A DNA stretch of 63,848 nt, the filler included, from an uncultured bacterium (GTDB taxonomy: Bacteria > Auribacterota > CAZIXI01): the NCBI GenBank assembly GCA_964543115.1. It is 5 parts of 5 records of this genome, joined end to end, with 100 filler letters (N's around TTAATTAATTAA, not from the genome) between each part and the next. Parts side by side here need not be neighbours in the genome. Positions count along the whole stretch, not along the records: positions 51,912 to 63,848 come from CAZIXI010000090.1; 4 more parts are not named here. One strand, 5' to 3'. Positions 59,328 to 63,848 of the stretch are shown in pieces. The notes under the pieces are model-generated. The model was not told where the DNA came from. It searched no databases and saw only the letters and a list, made by a program, of their open reading frames with translations. Made by a program: the position numbers and the translations under genes. Position 1 is the first letter of the stretch. Every line of letters starts with the position of its first letter.

Positions 59328-60296
59328 ATGACCAAAAAACGATTATTAATTTGCGGAGCAACCGGATTCATCGGACGAAATCTCGTTGAGTACTTTACTA
59401 AGCGCGATGATTTTGAGGTGACAGGGACTTATTGTAGCTCTGAACCATTGGATATCGTCGGCGTTAAGATGGTTCGGGCAGATTTAACCAAAAAAGAAGA
59501 TGTTGAAAAAGTTGTTAGTGGTGCAGATATCATAATTCAGGCTGCAGCTACTACATCTGGATCAAAGGAGATACTTTCTAAGCCCTATCATCATGTTGCT
59601 GACAATGCCGTAATGAACTCTTTGATATTTAGAAGCGCTTTTGAGCATAAAGTAAAACAGGTTTTGTTTTTTAGCTGCACAGTCATGTATCAATCCAGTG
59701 ATGCTCCGGTAAAAGAGAGTGATTTAGATTTAAGCAAGCCTTTGAATGAGAGCTATTTTGGCTCTGGCTGGACTAAACTCTACATTGAGAAGTTATGTGA
59801 GTTTTATTCTAAGATTAGCGAGACTAAATATACGGTAATCAGACATTCAAATATCTATGGGCCGCATGATAAGTTTGATTTAGAGCGTTCACATGTCTTT
59901 GGCGCAACTGTAACTAAGGTTATGAAAGCCGAGAATGGAGATAAGATTTTGGTCTGGGGAACTGGCGAGACCGAAAGAGATCTTTTATATATTAGCGATT
60001 TAGTTAATTTTGTTGAAAGAGCAGTAGATAAACAGAAGGATAAGTTCTTGCTTTGTAATGTTGGTTTAGGCAAAGCAATTTCAGTAAAGGATTTAGTTAA
60101 AAAGATAATTAATCTATCCAGCAAGAATTTATCCATTGAATTTGATAGTTCAAAGCCGGCCATCAAAACCAAACTTTGTCTTAATTCATCAAAAGCAAAG
60201 TATATCTTAGGCTGGGAGCCTAAAATATCTCTGGATGAAGGAATTAATAAAACTATTAACTGGTATAAACAAAATTTAGAGCAGGTGAAAGTATGA
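59328..60296 (+). CDS. NDP-sugar epimerase/reductase (GDP-fucose synthase-like)
   Basis: ICGATGFIG, RHSNIYGPHDKFD..RSHV, VWGTG..ERD.LY. Confidence 0.88.
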   Translation: MTKKRLLICGATGFIGRNLVEYFTKRDDFEVTGTYCSSEPLDIVGVKMVRADLTKKEDVEKVVSGADIIIQAAATTSGSKEILSKPYHHVADNAVMNSLIFRSAFEHKVKQVLFFSCTVMYQSSDAPVKESDLDLSKPLNESYFGSGWTKLYIEKLCEFYSKISETKYTVIRHSNIYGPHDKFDLERSHVFGATVTKVMKAENGDKILVWGTGETERDLLYISDLVNFVERAVDKQKDKFLLCNVGLGKAISVKDLVKKIINLSSKNLSIEFDSSKPAIKTKLCLNSSKAKYILGWEPKISLDEGINKTINWYKQNLEQVKV

Positions 60297-61354
60297 TTAT
60301 CAGCAGAACTCCCTTTCGGATTTCATTTTTTGGCGGTGGAACTGATTACCCGATCTGGTATAAGGAAAATGAAGGCTCAGTGATTTCAGCTTCGATTAAT
60401 AAGTATTGTTATATCACTTGCCGGTACCTACCGCCCTTTTTTGGCTATAAGTATAGGATAGTTTATTCTCAGCGCGAGCATGCCCTTGAGCTTTCAGAGG
60501 TAAAACATCCTTCAGTTAGAGAGAGTATCCGCTTTATGGGCTTGGATAAAGGTATTGAAGTTCACCATGATGGAGATTTGCCAGCTAGAACCGGTCTTGG
60601 TTCAAGCTCAAGCTTTACCGTAGGCTTACTCAATGCTTTATATGCTTTAAAGGGAAAAATGGTAAGTAAAAAACAGCTTACCTTAGATGCAATCCATGTT
60701 GAGCAGGAAAGAATCAAAGAGCATGTTGGTTCACAAGACCAAACCATAGCTGCTTTTGGTGGTTTTAACAAGATCACCTTTAATAGTCGCAATATTGAAG
60801 TGCAGCCAGTAACTGTAGACCTTGAGAAAATAGAGTATTTTCAAAGGCATCTAATGCTTTTCTTTACCGGATTTTCTAGAACGGCTTCTGAAATTGCCAA
60901 AGAACAAATCAAAGAAACTTCCAATAAAAAGAAAGAGCTTTCGGCCATGCATGAGATGGTTCAAGCAGCTATGGATATTTTAAATGCCAGTAAAGATAAC
61001 TTTGATCAGTTTGGCAAGTTACTTAATGAGAGTTGGCAGATAAAAAGAAGTTTAACTTCTAAAATCTCAACTCCGGTTATTGATGAGATATATGAAAGCG
61101 CGCGAGGAGCCGGAGCAACCGGTGGAAAACTTCTCGGTGCCGGAGGCGGCGGATTTGTGTTATTGTTTGTCCGGCCCGAACTACAACCTACTGTAAGGCA
61201 AGCACTTAAGAAGTTACTCTACGTCCCGTTTCGCTTTGATACCTTAGGCAGCCAGATAATTTACTATGCCCCTGACCATCATACCTGGTGGGGTATGGAT
61301 GATAAGGTAAAAGCAGCTGAAGAAATTGTTAATAAAGAATCAACAATTATGTAG
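60293..61354 (+). CDS. hddA: GHMP kinase, D-glycero-D-manno-heptose 7-phosphate kinase-like
   Basis: SRTPFRISFFGGGTD, DLPARTGLGSSS, GSQDQ, GKLLGAGGGG. Confidence 0.85.
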   Translation: MIISRTPFRISFFGGGTDYPIWYKENEGSVISASINKYCYITCRYLPPFFGYKYRIVYSQREHALELSEVKHPSVRESIRFMGLDKGIEVHHDGDLPARTGLGSSSSFTVGLLNALYALKGKMVSKKQLTLDAIHVEQERIKEHVGSQDQTIAAFGGFNKITFNSRNIEVQPVTVDLEKIEYFQRHLMLFFTGFSRTASEIAKEQIKETSNKKKELSAMHEMVQAAMDILNASKDNFDQFGKLLNESWQIKRSLTSKISTPVIDEIYESARGAGATGGKLLGAGGGGFVLLFVRPELQPTVRQALKKLLYVPFRFDTLGSQIIYYAPDHHTWWGMDDKVKAAEEIVNKESTIM

Positions 61355-61374
61355 GGGCGGGGCTTGCCCCGCCC
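61351..61374 (+). repeat. GTAG-type REP element overlapping the kinase stop codon
   Basis: GTAG + GGGCGGGG-CTTG-CCCCGCCC. Confidence 0.65.
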
Positions 61375-61394
61375 GTAATATCGGTATAAGAAAT

Positions 61395-62093
61395 ATGTAT
61401 AATTTAGCAAATTTAGATGTAGTTATTCTTTGCGGAGGAAAGGGTGAGAGATTACAGTCAGTTTTAAGCGATAAGCCTAAGGCCTTGGCTGATATTGCTG
61501 GCCGTCCATTTTTAGCTATTTTAATTGATAACTTGAAAAAGTTCGGTTTTGAGCGGTTTATTTTAAGTGTCGGTTATAAAAGAGAAGATGTTATCGAATA
61601 TTTTAAAGATAGAGGAACAATAGTTTTTTCTCAAGAAGAGAACGCTCTTGGTACCGGCGGAGGTTTAAAAAAAGCTCAGAATCTAATTGAAAGTGACACA
61701 TTCTTAGCAATGAACGGAGATTCTTTTTGTGATTTAGATTTTAATCAGTTGTTTAGTTTTCATAATGAGAAAGAAGCTCTTTTAACTATAGCTTTAACCA
61801 AGGCTCCTGAGGCTAAAGATTACGGAACAGTTAGCGTGGATGCAACAGGTAAGATAAAAAGTTTTCAAGAAAAGGTAGAAAGAAATGATGTCAGGTTGGT
61901 GAGTGCTGGTATTTATTTTATGAATAAGGAAATTTTTAATCAGATGCCTCAAGAAGAAGTTTTTTCTCTAGAATATGATTTATTTCCTAAGACTAAAGAC
62001 AGTTTCGGTTATCTAACCGAGGCTAAACTATATGATATCGGGACACCAGAGCGTTATGAGCAAGCAAAACAAATGCTTAGTGAGAGATCCTAA
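61395..62093 (+). CDS. hddC: Heptose 1-phosphate guanylyltransferase-like nucleotidyltransferase
   Basis: ILCGGKGERL...PKAL, LGTGG.LK, MNGDS, SAGIY, DIGTPE.Y. Start at ATG 61395. Confidence 0.8.
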   Translation: MYNLANLDVVILCGGKGERLQSVLSDKPKALADIAGRPFLAILIDNLKKFGFERFILSVGYKREDVIEYFKDRGTIVFSQEENALGTGGGLKKAQNLIESDTFLAMNGDSFCDLDFNQLFSFHNEKEALLTIALTKAPEAKDYGTVSVDATGKIKSFQEKVERNDVRLVSAGIYFMNKEIFNQMPQEEVFSLEYDLFPKTKDSFGYLTEAKLYDIGTPERYEQAKQMLSERS

Positions 62094-62094
62094 G

Positions 62095-63306
62095 ATGGAA
62101 AAGACAATGAGAATACCTTTTGGTACGATTTCAGTTACTGATAAAGCTAAAGAGCTGATAAATCAGGCTTTGGATTCAAACCGGCTTTCTTCGGGTAAAT
62201 ATGTTCGCGAATTTGAAGAAAAATTTGCTGAGTTAGTGGGAGCAAAAGAAGCAGTTGCCGTTTCAAGCGGAACTGATGCAGACGCTCTAGCTTTGGCTGT
62301 GCTTTATGATTATGGAGCTAAAAGGGGCGATGAGGTAATAGTTCCGGCTCTATCCTTTGTAGCTACCGGAAATGCTGTATTGCAAGCTGGTTTTAAGCCA
62401 GTCTTTGTTGATGTTGGTTTAAAGACTTTAAATATTGATCCGGAAAAAATAGAGGCCGTAATTTCCGATAAAACCAAGGCAATTATGCCGGTTCATCTGA
62501 TGGGTAAGCCGGCCAAGATGGATGAGATAAACCGAATCGCTAAGAAACATAAGCTCTATGTGGTTGAAGATGCAGCTGAAGCTCACGGAGCTGAATATAA
62601 CGGTAAGCGGGCTGGGGCCTTGGCGGATATGGGAGCTTTTAGTCTTTATGTAGCTCATATTATTACTACTGCTGAAGGAGGAATCGTAACTACTAATGAC
62701 TCTAAGTTTGCTGAAATCTTAAGATCATTACGTTCACACGGCCGGGCTTGTAAATGTAAGAGCTGTGTGCTTAATACCGCATCTAGTTATTGTGACAGGA
62801 GATTTCAGTACGGAGAAAACAAGGATATTCGCTTTATCTTTGAACGAGTTGGTTTCTCCTGCAAGATGAATGAGCTAGAGGCAGCTATTGGAATTGGTAA
62901 TCTAGATACCTACGAACAGATCCTTAATAAAAGAAGAGGAAATTTAAAGTATTTAATCGATAAGTTCAGTCAGTTTTTACCTTATTTAACTACCATTGAA
63001 GAGGAAAGTGCTGAAAAGATCGGCCCGCATGCTTTTCCATTGCTAATTGGCAAACAAGTAAAGTTTACTCGAGAAGAGTTAGTAACCTTTCTAGAGAAGT
63101 GCGGAGTTGATACCCGGACTTTATTTTCATCGATGCCTACTCAGTGTGCCGGATTTAAATTCTTACGACACAAGTTAGGAGATTTTCCTAACTCTGAGTA
63201 TATTGGCGATAATGGTATCCACATTGGCGTGCATCAGGATTTAAATCAGGAGCACCTTGATTATTTTATTAACTTGATTTCAGAATTCCTGGAGAGAAAT
63301 GTCTAA
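62095..63306 (+). CDS. DegT/StrS-fold PMP-dependent NDP-4-keto-6-deoxysugar 3-dehydrase (E1/RfbH/ColD-like)
   Basis: SGTDA, MPVHLMG, EDAAEA, SLYVAHIITTAEGG (His at the usual Lys position), Cys cluster GRACKCKSC...C. Confidence 0.75.
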   Translation: MEKTMRIPFGTISVTDKAKELINQALDSNRLSSGKYVREFEEKFAELVGAKEAVAVSSGTDADALALAVLYDYGAKRGDEVIVPALSFVATGNAVLQAGFKPVFVDVGLKTLNIDPEKIEAVISDKTKAIMPVHLMGKPAKMDEINRIAKKHKLYVVEDAAEAHGAEYNGKRAGALADMGAFSLYVAHIITTAEGGIVTTNDSKFAEILRSLRSHGRACKCKSCVLNTASSYCDRRFQYGENKDIRFIFERVGFSCKMNELEAAIGIGNLDTYEQILNKRRGNLKYLIDKFSQFLPYLTTIEEESAEKIGPHAFPLLIGKQVKFTREELVTFLEKCGVDTRTLFSSMPTQCAGFKFLRHKLGDFPNSEYIGDNGIHIGVHQDLNQEHLDYFINLISEFLERNV

Positions 63307-63848
63307 AAATAAAGAAAAACGCGCAATTATCTTAGGAGCTGGCGGCGTCGGTTTAATTTCAGCTTGGAAACTGCTTGAAGAAGGCTGGAGCGTTGATATC
63401 TATGAAACTACTGATCAGGTTGGCGGAATGTGTAAAACCTGGAAGTGGGGTGATTTTCTATTAGATACTGGTCCACATATTTACCATACCCCTGATGAAA
63501 ATCTAGCTAAGTTTTGGGAAAAAGAGTTCGGCGATATATTTATTAGGCGTGAATTCTGGTGCAAAAATGTTAAAGGCGATGATTTTAAGCAGTATTGGGA
63601 TTATCCTTTATCTTGGGAGAGCATTTCTCGTTATCCTAAAGAATTGAAAGACAAGGTGTTAGGTGAGTTACACAATGTAAGTCTTCAGGGAAGAGCTAAG
63701 GCCAAAAATTATACTGAATATATGGATGCCCAAGTCGGACCAACTTTGCGTGAGATGTTTTTTAAGAAGTTTCCTGAGAAGATCTGGGGTATTTCCACTA
63801 ATGAGATGGCTACTGAGTGGGCACCAAAAAGAATTGAGGTGCGTCAAA
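63299..63848 (+). CDS. FAD-dependent oxidoreductase (UDP-galactopyranose mutase/HemY-like), 3' end runs off the window
   Basis: Manual translation: MSKNKEKRAIILGAGGVGLISAWKL...VGGMCKT...DTGPHIYH...KIWG...W...RI. Confidence 0.8.
   Translation, partial: MSKNKEKRAIILGAGGVGLISAWKLLEEGWSVDIYETTDQVGGMCKTWKWGDFLLDTGPHIYHTPDENLAKFWEKEFGDIFIRREFWCKNVKGDDFKQYWDYPLSWESISRYPKELKDKVLGELHNVSLQGRAKAKNYTEYMDAQVGPTLREMFFKKFPEKIWGISTNEMATEWAPKRIEVRQ

Noticed and set aside
61326..61394. N-terminal extension MLIKNQQLCRGGACPARNIGIRN of the nucleotidyltransferase
   Set aside because: It is a translation of the REP palindrome. Homology begins at ATG 61395.

Overview
This is not a continuous locus. It is five contigs of about 12.8-13 kb, apparently ordered by decreasing length and joined by 100-bp N44-TTAATTAATTAA-N44 linkers, so gene adjacency across gaps is artefactual. 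The genes look like those of an anaerobe, tentatively PVC-affiliated or Omnitrophota-like (inference from the giant-protein content). Contig 1 carries argG-argH-lysA-dapF, a murC-like gene, a 1509-aa secreted/membrane giant protein and a PerR-rubrerythrin-superoxide reductase-GT2-PIG-L operon. Contig 2 carries an FHA-GAF gene, a polyprenyl-sugar surface-modification cluster and a >2100-aa M48 + ABC1 kinase giant protein. Contig 3 carries a 4x100-aa repeat surface protein and two more giant proteins (kinase-like; HAD + beta-CASP + GlnE-like). Contig 4 carries sugar ABC permeases, rpoN, two secreted proteins, recN, rpsT, murJ and partial uvrC. Contig 5 is lower in GC and holds a GDP-heptose/deoxysugar cluster with two cobalamin-dependent radical SAM enzymes, interrupted by a TIR-bounded structured element and two unrelated genes including a HEPN/DUF4145 gene. 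Best candidate for an undescribed system: the four giant multi-enzyme-domain proteins. Three share an N-terminal LAP motif, all four end in [SA][VL], and two have an identically spaced promoter TTGACAAAT-N10-AATGCATATT-N7-ATG that implies leaderless mRNAs. One of them also carries an in-frame copy of a palindromic repeat that occurs intergenically on another contig. No tRNA, rRNA or CRISPR array was found.
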